Shown here: positions 36,779 to 46,661 of the stretch, one piece after another
How positions within the stretch are numbered: position 1 is the stretch's first letter
How the letters are laid out: every line of letters begins with the position of its first letter
Assembly: GCA_035655615.1 (NCBI GenBank)
Contig: DASRUA010000153.1
Coordinates: forward strand, 1,541 to 65,540
Source of the DNA: Dermatophilaceae bacterium
Lineage (GTDB): Bacteria > Actinomycetota > Actinomycetes > Actinomycetales > Dermatophilaceae
Reading direction: 5' to 3'
DNA: 64,000 bases
Program-made: the position numbers and the translations under genes
The notes under the pieces: generated by a model
Databases searched by the model: none
What the model saw: the letters and a program-made list of their open reading frames with translations, nothing else
Told to the model about the DNA's origin: nothing

Positions 36779-36838
36779 CGTCTGATCGATCCCGTCGACT
36801 CGGAGTGATTCTGGTCCATGTACCGGCCTCGCATCAGG

Positions 36839-37624
36839 TCACGCTGCCTTTGAACCGAGCCAGACGGCCGCACCGACCACCAGTCCCAGGCCGAAGATCC
36901 AGACGAACATTCCTTCGGAGACCGGACCGAGGTTGCCCAGACTCAGGCCGCCGGGGTTCTTGTTCTTGTCCAGGTCGTGAAGGTAGCTGATGACGTCGTT
37001 CTTGTCCGTCGGTGACAGGTTCTGGTCATTGAAGACAGGCATCGACTGGGGCCCCGTCAGCATCGCCTCGTAGATGTGCTTTCCGGTGGCGTTGCGCAGG
37101 CTCGGCGCGAACTTGCCACGGGTGAGCGCGCCGCCGGATCCGGCGAAGTTGTGACACATCGCGCAGTTGACCTTGAACAGCTCGTTGCCCCGGGCGATGC
37201 TGCCATCGCCCTGGGTGTACTGGCTATCGGGTATGGCGGGGCCGGGGCCGAGCGTGGCCACGTACGCGGCCAGGTTGGCGATCTCCTGGTTGGTGAACAT
37301 CACCTGTTTGCCGCGGGGGACTTGGGGGAGTGCTGGTCCGGAGGCCGGCATACGGCCGGTGCCGACCTGGAAGTCAACCGCTGCGGCGCCCACGCCGATC
37401 AGGCTGGGACCGATCTTGTTGCCCTGACCGTGGAGCCCGTGGCATGTGGCGCAGTTGGCCAAGAAGAGCTTCCTGCCAGCGTTCACGTCATCTGCCGTGC
37501 CCACGGCGGCCTGTGCAGGTCTGGGAGCCAGGAGGGAGTAGAGCCCCCCGGTGGTGAGGAGGCCCAGCAGCAGCAGGACGACGATCGCGGCCGGATGACG
37601 GCGATGGGAGCCCAGTGTTTTCAC
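36839..37624 (-). CDS. qcrC: diheme cytochrome c subunit of the bc1 complex
   Basis: 261-aa ORF with two CxxCH motifs (CATCHG, CAMCHN) and a C-terminal TM anchor. Confidence 0.92.
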   Translation of the reverse strand: MKTLGSHRRHPAAIVVLLLLGLLTTGGLYSLLAPRPAQAAVGTADDVNAGRKLFLANCATCHGLHGQGNKIGPSLIGVGAAAVDFQVGTGRMPASGPALPQVPRGKQVMFTNQEIANLAAYVATLGPGPAIPDSQYTQGDGSIARGNELFKVNCAMCHNFAGSGGALTRGKFAPSLRNATGKHIYEAMLTGPQSMPVFNDQNLSPTDKNDVISYLHDLDKNKNPGGLSLGNLGPVSEGMFVWIFGLGLVVGAAVWLGSKAA

Positions 37625-37670
37625 AGGATCTTCCTGTCTTCGGTGCGGACGCCTCGGGAGAAGAAACTCA

Positions 37671-38345
37671 TCACTTTAATAGGTAGATCGTGGAGAACAG
37701 GGCGATCCACACGACGTCGACGAAGTGCCAGTAGTACGACGTCACGATGGCACCGGAGGCTTGTGCGTGGGTGTAGCGACGGGTCGTGAAGGTCCGCCCG
37801 ATGATCAGCAGGATTGCGATCAGGCCGCCGGTGACGTGCAGGCCGTGGAAACCGGTTGTGAGGTAGAAGACCGAACCGTACGCGTCGGAGGAGATGGTCA
37901 CTCCGTCGCGGATCAGGCGGGCGTACTCGAGTACCTGGCCGGAGATGAAGATGGCCCCGAAGATGTAGGTCAGGACGTACCACTCGCGCATGCCCCATTG
38001 TTTGAGCTGCAGCAGCGAGCCGGTGCGGGCCGGCTGGCCATGCTCGGCCTTGAATACCCCCAGCTGACACCACACCGAGGAGATGACCAGCATCAGCGTG
38101 TTGACTGTCGCGAAGGGGACATTGAGATGGACCGTCCGCTCCTGCCACAGACTCGGCGAGACCGACCGGATCGTGAAGTACATCGCGAAGAGACCGGCGA
38201 AGAACATCAGCTCGCTGGCCAGCCACACGATCGTCCCGACAGCAACCATGTTGGGTCGTGTCACCGGGCCATGACCGGGGATAGAGCCCGACGAGGGCTT
38301 AGGGGTGCCTGACTGAACTGCGGATGCGGTCGCCACGAGCGCCAA
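37671..38345 (-). CDS. ctaE: cytochrome c oxidase subunit III
   Basis: 224-aa ORF. Multi-TM protein with [15 protein letters not shown] and YWHFVDVVW. Confidence 0.92.
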   Translation of the reverse strand: MALVATASAVQSGTPKPSSGSIPGHGPVTRPNMVAVGTIVWLASELMFFAGLFAMYFTIRSVSPSLWQERTVHLNVPFATVNTLMLVISSVWCQLGVFKAEHGQPARTGSLLQLKQWGMREWYVLTYIFGAIFISGQVLEYARLIRDGVTISSDAYGSVFYLTTGFHGLHVTGGLIAILLIIGRTFTTRRYTHAQASGAIVTSYYWHFVDVVWIALFSTIYLLK

Positions 38346-38431
38346 TAGTGCCCTATTCGGGTTCGCATTGCACTAGCAACGCGGGTACGGGTGCGCCTCA
38401 TCGCAAATTAGGCACCGGTAGCATCTTCCCC

Positions 38432-38899
38432 ATGACCGATTCGCACTCAACGCCGGCGGCTTCGCACACTCATCAGGCCTCGTCAAACACTCCGTACCAG
38501 CTGTCTGTATTGCTCTACAGTGATGACATCGCTACCCGGGACGCCGTGCGCGTCGCGGTCGGTCGTCGGCCTGCGCGCGACGTCGAGGTCAGCACATGGC
38601 TTGAGTGCGCGACCGCGGCAGCTGTGATCGAAGCCGTGGAGACGGGGGAGTTCGACCTGCTGGTGCTGGACGGGGAGGCCGGGCAGACCGGCGGTCTCGG
38701 TCTGTGCCGCCAGCTCAAGAGTGAGATCTTCAGCTGCCCGCCGGTGCTGGTGCTGACCGGGCGACCGCAGGATGGCTGGCTGGCTGCGTGGTCCCAGGCC
38801 GATCTGGCTGTTCCACACCCCCTCGACCCCATTGCGGTGGCAGGCGCGGTCGCAGAGCTCGGTCGGCGGGTCGGCGACTCGACCAGCACCAGGGTTTAG
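38432..38899 (+). CDS. receiver-domain-like (response regulator-like) protein without output domain
   Basis: ATG 38432 is in frame with ORF 38324..38899. FDLLVLDGEA is an Asp-pocket-like pattern. The assignment is tentative. Confidence 0.55.
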   Translation: MTDSHSTPAASHTHQASSNTPYQLSVLLYSDDIATRDAVRVAVGRRPARDVEVSTWLECATAAAVIEAVETGEFDLLVLDGEAGQTGGLGLCRQLKSEIFSCPPVLVLTGRPQDGWLAAWSQADLAVPHPLDPIAVAGAVAELGRRVGDSTSTRV

Positions 38900-38902
38900 C
38901 CG

Positions 38903-39967
38903 GTGACGGCCCCGACTTCCGCCGGCCGCGTGATGACCTGGCCGGATATCTTCACCGCGCTGCTCGACGGGCAGGATCTGGGTACCACTGAGTCCGCCTG
39001 GGCGATGGACCAGATCATGAGCGGTGAGGCCAGCCCGGCGCAGGTTGCCGGCTTTCTCATGGCGTTGCGCGCCAAGGGCGAGACCGTCGATGAGATGCGC
39101 GGTCTCGCCGACACGATGCTGGCGCACGCCAGCCGGATCGACGTTGCCGGCCCCACGCTGGACATTGTCGGGACAGGGGGAGATCGCGCCCACACGGTGA
39201 ACATCTCGACGATGGCAGCCCTGGTGGCGGCTGCCAGCGGGGTGCGGGTCGTCAAACACGGTAACCGTGCTGCCTCCTCGTCATCCGGCTCTGCTGATGT
39301 CCTGGAGGCGCTGGGGATCAACCTGACATTGAGTCCTTCCGAGGTTGCGGATGTTGTCGAGAAGGCCGGCATCACCTTCTGCTTTGCCCAGCAGTTCCAC
39401 CCCTCGATGCGTTACGCGGCTGTCGCACGTCGTGACCTCGGTATCGGTACCGTGTTCAACTTCCTGGGCCCGCTCACGAACCCCGCTCAGCCGACGTATG
39501 CCGCCGTGGGCGTCGCAGACGCACGGATGGCGCCGCTGATGGCCGGGGTGTTCGCCGGACGCGGCAAGGATGCCGTGGTCTTCCGGGGCGACGACGGTCT
39601 GGACGAGCTCACCATCTCGACGACATCCACACTCTGGTGGGTGCGCGGCGGTGTCGTTCGCGAGTACAGCGTGGACCCCTCCTGGGTCGGACTCGAGCGC
39701 CACCCGCTGGAGACGTTGCGAGGGGGCGACGCCGCCCACAACGCCCAGGTCGTTCGTGATGTGTTCGCCGGTGCCGTGGGACCTGTCCGCGACGCGGTGG
39801 TGCTCAACGCAGGGGTGGCGCTGGCGCTCACGGTGCCTGACGTGGGCGAGAGTCAGGTCGACTTCATCGCCGGGTTGCAGTCCGGGATGAATCGGGCCGC
39901 CGCTGCCATCGATGACGGAAGCGCCACCTTGCTGCTGCAGCGATGGGTCGCTGAGACGCACGGATGA
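38903..39967 (+). CDS. trpD: anthranilate phosphoribosyltransferase
   Basis: 354-aa ORF with the VGTGGDRAHTVNIST and KHGNRAASSSSGSAD motifs. Confidence 0.92.
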   Translation: MTAPTSAGRVMTWPDIFTALLDGQDLGTTESAWAMDQIMSGEASPAQVAGFLMALRAKGETVDEMRGLADTMLAHASRIDVAGPTLDIVGTGGDRAHTVNISTMAALVAAASGVRVVKHGNRAASSSSGSADVLEALGINLTLSPSEVADVVEKAGITFCFAQQFHPSMRYAAVARRDLGIGTVFNFLGPLTNPAQPTYAAVGVADARMAPLMAGVFAGRGKDAVVFRGDDGLDELTISTTSTLWWVRGGVVREYSVDPSWVGLERHPLETLRGGDAAHNAQVVRDVFAGAVGPVRDAVVLNAGVALALTVPDVGESQVDFIAGLQSGMNRAAAAIDDGSATLLLQRWVAETHG

Positions 39968-40017
39968 GGCTTTGGGGGCCAAACCGAAGACTCAGGTGCA
40001 GTCAGGACTGACATGGC

Positions 40018-40302
40018 TCAGGCGTCGTCCAGACCGAGGCTGAAAGCTGCTTCCAGGTCGTGTTTGGAGTAGGTCCGGAATGCGATGTGGGTCTGAGTCC
40101 CCAGGACACCGCTGACCTTGTTGAGCTGGTCGGCGATTACGTCGGCCAGCTCCTCGTGGTGGCGCACGCGCACGATGGCGATGAGGTCGACATCCCCGGT
40201 GACGGAGTAGACCTCGCTGACGCCTTTGAGTTCGGCGATCGCTGCGGCGACCTCGGGAATGCGGTCGACCTCGGCGCTGATCAAGACGATGGCGGAAATC
40301 AC
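40018..40302 (-). CDS. Lrp/AsnC ligand-binding-domain protein (stand-alone RAM domain)
   Basis: 94-aa ORF reading VSEVYSVTGDVDLIAIVRV. It overlaps the stop of the upstream exonuclease gene. Confidence 0.72.
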   Translation of the reverse strand: MISAIVLISAEVDRIPEVAAAIAELKGVSEVYSVTGDVDLIAIVRVRHHEELADVIADQLNKVSGVLGTQTHIAFRTYSKHDLEAAFSLGLDDA

Positions 40303-42128
40303 GGGTCCACCCTAGCCCGCGGCTTCTTGGGAGCCACGAGTGACTTGGGACCCACCAGGGGCCGGGAAATCACCAGCAAGGGATCAGGTGGGCGATGGCG
40401 TAACCCGGGGTTGCTGGGCTCGTCGAAGCTCACGACGTCGCGGTACGCCGTGGGGTCAGCATCGAGAGCGTCGCGGGCCGCCCCCGCACCGTGCACCGGG
40501 CAGGTCCATTCACCCTCGATGGCGACCATGCGGACGTCAGGGAAATCCAGCCAGCGCAGGATCTTTTCCGTCTCTTCGGCTGAGGCGGAGGCTGCGGGCC
40601 CCGGGGAAGGACCCACGTTCTCGGCGCTTGCGGCCAGGGCCTCGATATAGACGCGAGGGTCGCCGCCGCGGGGAGTCACTGTGGTGCCGGCGAGTCGCCC
40701 GAAGCGGACGCAGATGATCTCCCAACCGCCCAGGGGTGTTGGTCGCGCTGCCACGATCTCGGCACTGTTCGCCAGTGGCGCGATGCGCTGCGTGCGTGCA
40801 GCTGCCCGGACCAGGTGTGCCAACCTGTCACGGACCGCGCCGGCGTCCTCGTAACGTTCCTGGCCGGACAGACTGCTCATTCGCTCACGCAGGGCTCCGA
40901 CGACCTCGCGCGAGTCGCCTGCGATCATCTGGGCAGCCTGCTCGACGATGACGCCGTAGTCCTGGATGCTCTGTTGGCCCGAGCATGGAGCGCCACAGCG
41001 TCCCATCTCGGCCAGCACGCAGTCAGCAGATCGACCGCTGGCTGACAGGCGCTTGGTGCACTGGCGCAGCGGGAGCACCTCGTGGACCGCGGCGATCGCG
41101 GACTCGGCAGCCAGGCGGGAGCCGAAGGGACCGAAGTATCGGGCGCCGTCGGCTTTGACCTCTCGCACGATGCTCAGGCGCGGGAAGGCCTCGACGGTGA
41201 GCTTGACCCAGGGTGTCCGTTCGGGGTTGACGGACCGGCGGTTGTATCGCGGCTTGTGCAGGGCGATCAGACGAAGCTCGCGAACCTGCGCCTCAAGAGT
41301 GGTCTCGCAGACCACGGGTGTCACGCTGGCTGCGATCCCGACCATCTCGGCCATCCGGGTGCGCTGTTCTGATGCCGTGAAGTATGTACGGACCCGTCGC
41401 TGGATGTCCTGTGAGGTACCCACGTAGAGCACGCGCCCTTGGTTGTCCTTGAAGAGGTAGACACCCGGCGCCGAAGGCAGACCCTCCGCGAGGTGTCGTT
41501 TGCGGCGCTGGGCCGGGCTGACCCGCGAGGAGTACGTGCTGAGCTCTTCCAGAGTCACGACCCCCAGGCTGCCGACTCGGGAGAGCAGCCCGTGCAGGAC
41601 GTCGACGGTGGCGCGGGCATCGTGCAGCGCGCGGTGATCCGGGGTTGTCGCAGCGCCGAAAAGCCGGGCCAACGTACCGAGCTTGCGATTCGGTGCTTCG
41701 TCCTTGCTGATCAGCTGTCGGGCAAGGTGGGCTGTGTCGACCACGCGAAAGGATGGCCAGGCGTGACCGGTGAGCGTGGCTGCGGCCTTGAGGAAAGAGA
41801 CGTCAAAGGGTGCATTGTGGGCGACCAGAACGCTGTGGCGGGCGAACTCCAGAAACGCAGGAAGCACGCTTTCGATACCGGGTGAGTTGGCCACCATCTG
41901 GTCGGTGATTCCGGTCAGGACCGAGATGAAGGCCGGGATCGGCTCAGCGGGGTTGACCAAGGTCTGAAACTCGCCGATCACCTCGCCGCCCCGGATCTTG
42001 ACCGCTCCGACCTCGGTGATGTGTGCACCGGTCGGGCTGCCGCCGGTCGTCTCAAGGTCGACGACCACGAAGGTGACCTCGGCCAACAGGGTGCCGAGCT
42101 CGTCGAGTGTGCCTTGGACGCCTTGCAT
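40299..42128 (-). CDS. DEDD 3'-5' exonuclease domain + GIY-YIG (UvrC-like) domain protein (Rv2191-like)
   Basis: 609-aa ORF. The N-terminus carries VVDLETTG and HNAPFDVSFL (DnaQ-like exo motifs). The middle region reads GVYLFKDNQGRVLYVGTS (GIY-YIG). Confidence 0.85.
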   Translation of the reverse strand: MQGVQGTLDELGTLLAEVTFVVVDLETTGGSPTGAHITEVGAVKIRGGEVIGEFQTLVNPAEPIPAFISVLTGITDQMVANSPGIESVLPAFLEFARHSVLVAHNAPFDVSFLKAAATLTGHAWPSFRVVDTAHLARQLISKDEAPNRKLGTLARLFGAATTPDHRALHDARATVDVLHGLLSRVGSLGVVTLEELSTYSSRVSPAQRRKRHLAEGLPSAPGVYLFKDNQGRVLYVGTSQDIQRRVRTYFTASEQRTRMAEMVGIAASVTPVVCETTLEAQVRELRLIALHKPRYNRRSVNPERTPWVKLTVEAFPRLSIVREVKADGARYFGPFGSRLAAESAIAAVHEVLPLRQCTKRLSASGRSADCVLAEMGRCGAPCSGQQSIQDYGVIVEQAAQMIAGDSREVVGALRERMSSLSGQERYEDAGAVRDRLAHLVRAAARTQRIAPLANSAEIVAARPTPLGGWEIICVRFGRLAGTTVTPRGGDPRVYIEALAASAENVGPSPGPAASASAEETEKILRWLDFPDVRMVAIEGEWTCPVHGAGAARDALDADPTAYRDVVSFDEPSNPGLRHRPPDPLLVISRPLVGPKSLVAPKKPRARVDP

Positions 42129-42280
42129 GGTGATGAGGTTAGGTGTCGGGGCTGACAGAGCTTGGCAGGCGCGCTGCCAAGGCCGTAAGGCACGGTGACG
42201 GTGGCCGGCCGTACGAGAAGATCAGGGGGTTGTCGGACCCGTGGCCTAGCGTTCTTCGCATGGTGCCCAGTGGGTTCGCC

Positions 42281-42360
42281 AGTGGGGTCCAGTTGAGTCC
42301 AGCTGGGTCCAGGTGAGTCCAGGTGAGTCCAGGTGAGTCCAGGTGAGTCCAGGTGAGTCC
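42281..42360. repeat. 10-bp tandem repeat: AGGTGAGTCC x5 perfect, preceded by 3 degenerate units
   Basis: Perfect units span 42311-42360. Degenerate units are AGTGGGGTCC, AGTTGAGTCC and AGCTGGGTCC at 42281-42310. The array lies in a divergent intergenic region. Confidence 0.9.
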
Positions 42361-42397
42361 ATTGACGAGGTGGACCGAGAATGAGTGCGGAGGGCCA

Positions 42398-42640
42398 ATG
42401 ATGATCGTCGACTGCATGACATGTCCGGTGCGCGCCCAGCGATGTGACGACTGTGCCGTCACGGTTTTGCGAGCATCCGGGTGGGGTCAATCGTCCACCG
42501 AGCTTCAGCTGGATGCCGCGGAGAACAGGGTCGTGTCCATCTTCGTCGGCGCCGGACTGGTCAACGCGGGGACCGTGCTGAGGCTACGCGCGCGCCGCGA
42601 GAGCGGGCCGCTCCGGGACGCCGTGCGCGACGTCGGCTGA
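42398..42640 (+). CDS. small Cys-containing hypothetical protein
   Basis: ATG 42398 is in frame with ORF 42353..42640. The N-terminus reads MMIVDCMTCPVRAQRCDDCAV. Confidence 0.5.
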   Translation: MMIVDCMTCPVRAQRCDDCAVTVLRASGWGQSSTELQLDAAENRVVSIFVGAGLVNAGTVLRLRARRESGPLRDAVRDVG

Positions 42641-42721
42641 GCAAGATACTGCGACGCATGGGCAGGGTGACGGACAGGCGCTGCGAAGTCTGGGCATAGT
42701 GACGCAATCTACGATGGCGTC

Positions 42722-44086
42722 ATGACCAGGCTCAGGCGGCTCGCCGCGATCGCGTTGTGCGCGGGGCTCGCCGTCGGCATCGCTGGGCAGCTGAATGGCA
42801 ATCTGGACCTGCCCAGGGTCATCGGCCTTCAACAGAGCATCGACAAAGGCTCTGGCAGAGACGGCACGAACCAGGCTGCATCCTCGGTGCCGAAGGTGGA
42901 CGAGCAGACGGCCCGGCTGGCGGCTGCCCAAGATCTACTCACGGCCAGGGCTGCGGCCGTGAAAGCCCGGAACAAGAACTCGTGGATGGCCACGGTGGAC
43001 CTCCCCGGCTCGGCCTTCCGGGGGCGTCAGTCCGTGGCGTTCGACAACCTCATCAAGCTCCCGCTCGGCCAGTTCTCCTACCGCGCTGCGCAGCCGGCTC
43101 CCGCGCTCGGCCCGACACGCATCCGGCAGGTGGGGCCCAACGCGTGGGCAGCCACCGTCACCGGGACCTACACACTGGCTGGATTTGACCGGACGCCACA
43201 GAACTTTGATGCGACGTACACCTTGGTGCACCGTCCCGGCGGCTGGCGCATTGCCGACGACACCGACGGCGCCACCCCTTTGCAGATGTGGGACCTGCCG
43301 GGGCTGAGGGTCCTGCGAGGCAGGTCCGCCATCGTTGTCGGAAACGCCCCCGACGCGCGAATGCGGGAGTACAGCACGATTGCGGACTCGGCTGTGCGCC
43401 GGGTCAGTGGTGTGTGGGGGACGGACTGGAACTCTCATGTGGTCATCGTGACGCCGGCTACCAGCCAGGAGTTCGCCAGGCTGTTGTTGCGTGCCACTGA
43501 CAAGGGGCTCGATCAGGTGGCTGCGATCACCCAAGGAGTGATCGAGCCGGGACGGCGGGCTCTGGGTGATCGAGTTGTCATCAACCCCAAGGCGTTCACG
43601 GCCCTGCAGCCCATCGGACGACGAGTGGTCATCACTCATGAGCTGACACATGTCGCGGCCCGATCGTCGACCACGGCTTCGGTCCCGATCTGGTTGACGG
43701 AGGGCATGGCCGATTACGTCGGGTATTCCGGTCTCGGCCTCTCGCGCGAGCGTGTGGCCAGCGAGCTGCTCTCTCTCGTGCGTGCGGGCAAGGGGCCCAC
43801 GGCCCTGCCGAAGGAGGTCGACTTCGATCCGTCCCGGTCCACGATCGCGCCGTCATACTCCGGGTCCTGGCTGGCCGTCTGTCGTCTGGTCGATCTTTAC
43901 GGCCAGGCCAGGGTTGTCGCGTTCTATCGTGTCGTCGCATCGGCCAAGACGGCGGGCGGGGCAGCCCAGCCTGACCCCGACACCACTGCGGCGTCTGCTT
44001 TTCCTCACACTTTCGGGGCGACCGAGGCCCAGTTTGTCGATGGCTGGCGGCGCTACCTGGGGACCCTCGCGCACGCCCGGGGGTGA
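42722..44086 (+). CDS. secreted hypothetical protein with HExxH motif (putative metallopeptidase-like)
   Basis: 454-aa ORF with an N-terminal signal-like segment (RRLAAIALCAGLAVGIAG) and VVITHELTHVAA. Confidence 0.65.
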   Translation: MTRLRRLAAIALCAGLAVGIAGQLNGNLDLPRVIGLQQSIDKGSGRDGTNQAASSVPKVDEQTARLAAAQDLLTARAAAVKARNKNSWMATVDLPGSAFRGRQSVAFDNLIKLPLGQFSYRAAQPAPALGPTRIRQVGPNAWAATVTGTYTLAGFDRTPQNFDATYTLVHRPGGWRIADDTDGATPLQMWDLPGLRVLRGRSAIVVGNAPDARMREYSTIADSAVRRVSGVWGTDWNSHVVIVTPATSQEFARLLLRATDKGLDQVAAITQGVIEPGRRALGDRVVINPKAFTALQPIGRRVVITHELTHVAARSSTTASVPIWLTEGMADYVGYSGLGLSRERVASELLSLVRAGKGPTALPKEVDFDPSRSTIAPSYSGSWLAVCRLVDLYGQARVVAFYRVVASAKTAGGAAQPDPDTTAASAFPHTFGATEAQFVDGWRRYLGTLAHARG

Positions 44087-44162
44087 GTCGCAGCCAGTTG
44101 CCCCAGCCTGGCTGCTGACGGAAGCGGGTGGTGAGACCCCCGCGAGGGTCACCGTCGAATGG

Positions 44163-45959
44163 TTATTCCCGGGGCCCCGAATACAACGCTTCGACGTCGG
44201 AGGCGTAGTCCTTCATCACCATGTTGCGCTTGAGCTTCAGCGAAGGCGTCAGATAGCCGTTGTCCTCGGTGAAGTCGCCGGCAAGGACGGTGAACCTGCG
44301 AATCGACTCGGGTTTGCTGACCGCCAAATTCGCGTTGTCGACCGCCCGCTGGAGCTCGGCGTGAACGACGTGGTTCTTGCGGGCATCATCCCACGAGAGA
44401 TTCCGCAGCTTTTTGTTCTTCGCCCATGAGGGGAACAGCTCCGCGTCGAGGGTGATCAGTGCGCCGATGAAGGGCCTTTTGTCACCGACCACGATGCACT
44501 GCGACACCAGAGGATGAGTACGCAGTCGGTCCTCGAGGAACGCGGGAACAACGTTCTTGCCGCCGGCGGTGATCAGGAGCTCCTTCTTGCGGCCGGTGAT
44601 CTTCAGGAACCCTTCGTCATCGAGCTCTCCGATGTCGCCGGTGTGGAACCATCCGTCGACCAGGGCATCGTTGGTAGCCGTCTCGTTGTTGCGGTAGGCC
44701 TTAAAGATGTTCACTCCTTTGATCAGGATCTCGCCGTCATCTGTGATCTGGATGGCGACCCCGGGCAGCGGGGCGCCTACAGTGCCGATCTTGATGTGGT
44801 CGGGAGTGTTCAAGGTTGCCGGAGCTGTGGTCTCGGTCAGTCCGTAGCCCTCGAGCACGGTGAGCCCGATGCCTCGGTAGAAGTGGCCCAACGGGGGACC
44901 CAGCGGGGCGCCACCCGAGACGGCATACTCGACCTTGCCCCCCATGGCGGCGCGGAGCTTGCTGTAGACGAGCTTGTCGAATAATGCGTGCCTGGCCCTG
45001 AGCAGTGCACCTGGCCCGCCTTTCTCCTGCGCCTCACTCCAGGCGATCGCCGTCGCCGCTGCGGTCCGGAAGATCTTGCCCTTGCCCTCGGAGACGGCTT
45101 TCTGCTCCGACGAGTTGTAGATCTTCTCGAATACGCGCGGCACCGACAGGATGAATGTGGGGGAGAAGGTGCCAAAGTCGGCGACCAGGTTCTTGACGTC
45201 AGAGGTGAAACCCATCCGGACCCCGGCATGGATGCAGACAACCTGGATGAACCGCGCGAAGACATGGGCGAGAGGCAGGAACAAAAGCGTCGACGCGCCC
45301 TCGGCACAGACGACCATCTTCATCCGCTCGGTCGCGTTCTCGGCCAGAGCCATGAAGTTGTCGTGGGTGAGCTGGCACCCTTTGGGGCGGCCGGTGGTTC
45401 CCGACGTATAGATGATCGTGGCGACGTCGTCGCGACCGACCTGGCTGCGCCGGGCCTCAACCGCCTCATCGGTGATCTCACGTCCGGCTGCCCTGAGCGT
45501 GTTCAGCCCCCCGGCGTCGATCTGCCACACATGAAGAGGCTCAGGCAGGCCGGCTGTTGCCTCGGCCAGAATCCTGGCATGCGTCGGCGTCTCCAGGATC
45601 ACGGCAGAGCACGCCGAGTCCTTGACGATCCAGCCGACCTGCAGGGCCGCAGAAGTCTCATAGATGGGTACCGAAACAGCACCGGCGGTCCAGATGGCGA
45701 AGTCAGTCACGGCCCACTCGTAGCGTGTCTTGCTCATGATCGCGACGCGTTCTCCGAGGCCGATCCCCGAAGCCATCAGCCCCTTGGCGACCGCTCGGAC
45801 GTCGGCGAGGAACTCGTCATTCGAGACATCGACCCAGGTGCCCGACGACGGCTTGCAGAATGCCACCCTGCCCGGCTCGCTGGCGCCGTTGCGGACCGGC
45901 AGATCCGAGAGGTTGCCCTTGACCGGTGTGACGAGCGGGGGAACTGAGATGCTTTTCAC
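44163..45959 (-). CDS. fadD15: long-chain fatty-acid--CoA ligase (AMP-binding)
   Basis: 598-aa ORF with the AMP-binding motif IIYTSGTTGRPKG, plus GYGLTET and ITGRKKELL. Confidence 0.88.
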   Translation of the reverse strand: MKSISVPPLVTPVKGNLSDLPVRNGASEPGRVAFCKPSSGTWVDVSNDEFLADVRAVAKGLMASGIGLGERVAIMSKTRYEWAVTDFAIWTAGAVSVPIYETSAALQVGWIVKDSACSAVILETPTHARILAEATAGLPEPLHVWQIDAGGLNTLRAAGREITDEAVEARRSQVGRDDVATIIYTSGTTGRPKGCQLTHDNFMALAENATERMKMVVCAEGASTLLFLPLAHVFARFIQVVCIHAGVRMGFTSDVKNLVADFGTFSPTFILSVPRVFEKIYNSSEQKAVSEGKGKIFRTAAATAIAWSEAQEKGGPGALLRARHALFDKLVYSKLRAAMGGKVEYAVSGGAPLGPPLGHFYRGIGLTVLEGYGLTETTAPATLNTPDHIKIGTVGAPLPGVAIQITDDGEILIKGVNIFKAYRNNETATNDALVDGWFHTGDIGELDDEGFLKITGRKKELLITAGGKNVVPAFLEDRLRTHPLVSQCIVVGDKRPFIGALITLDAELFPSWAKNKKLRNLSWDDARKNHVVHAELQRAVDNANLAVSKPESIRRFTVLAGDFTEDNGYLTPSLKLKRNMVMKDYASDVEALYSGPRE

Positions 45960-46178
45960 AAAGGGTCCTTAGACTGCATGTTGATGTTGCCCGCTTACCT
46001 TGACCGAACAGGGAAATCGCAATTCGTGCGCCTCCCGACCTCAGGGGTCTTGCCTTACTCCTGGGCGTCTTCCCTCATCTGTGACCTCGCGGCGCTGAGT
46101 CGAGGGCGAGTCGGCGGCGCCGGTCACCGGCACCCGCCTGACGTAGTGGCAAGGGCCCCGCAGGGTAACCTTCGCTGC

Positions 46179-46661
46179 ATGGCCGATCGAACTGAGTCCA
46201 GCATCGTCATCGCCGCTGCACCTGGGGTGATTCTCGATGTCATTGCCGACTTCGATCGCTATCCCGAGTGGGCTGGCGAGGTGAAGAGAGCGGCGCTGAT
46301 TTCGGAGGACGGTGACGGATGGGCCGACCAGGTCGAGTTCACCCTCTCCGCCGGTGCCATCAAGGACACCTACGTTTTAGAGTATGACTGGGACGTGGCC
46401 GAGGACGGCACGGGGGTGGTCTCGTGGCACTTGGTCACCGCGCAGGTGCTCAAGGCGATGAATGGTTCTTACACACTTGAAGACATCACCCTCAGGGGCA
46501 ACGACACCAGTACCGCGGTCACCTACCGGTTGTCGGTCGACGTCAAGATCCCCATGCTCGGGATGCTCAAACGCAAGGCCGAGAAGGTCATCATCGACAC
46601 GGCCCTGAAGGAGCTGAAGAAACGTGCCGAGGTTCTGAACCGGCGTTCGGACATCTCGTGA
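46179..46661 (+). CDS. SRPBCC (polyketide cyclase/dehydrase-like) family protein
   Basis: ATG 46179 is in frame with ORF 45978..46661. SIVIAAAPGVILDVIADFDRYPEW is the typical SRPBCC N-terminus. Its position matches that of Rv2185c in M. tuberculosis. Confidence 0.78.
   Translation: MADRTESSIVIAAAPGVILDVIADFDRYPEWAGEVKRAALISEDGDGWADQVEFTLSAGAIKDTYVLEYDWDVAEDGTGVVSWHLVTAQVLKAMNGSYTLEDITLRGNDTSTAVTYRLSVDVKIPMLGMLKRKAEKVIIDTALKELKKRAEVLNRRSDIS

Noticed and set aside
41978-42490. ORFs on the minus strand (41978..42490 and 42139..42462) translating the 10-bp repeat as GLTWTHLDSP-type peptide repeats.
   Set aside because: The 10-bp unit is not a multiple of 3, so the 'protein repeat' is an artefact of cycling through frames. 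The ORFs overlap the start of the well-supported exonuclease gene and have no SD.
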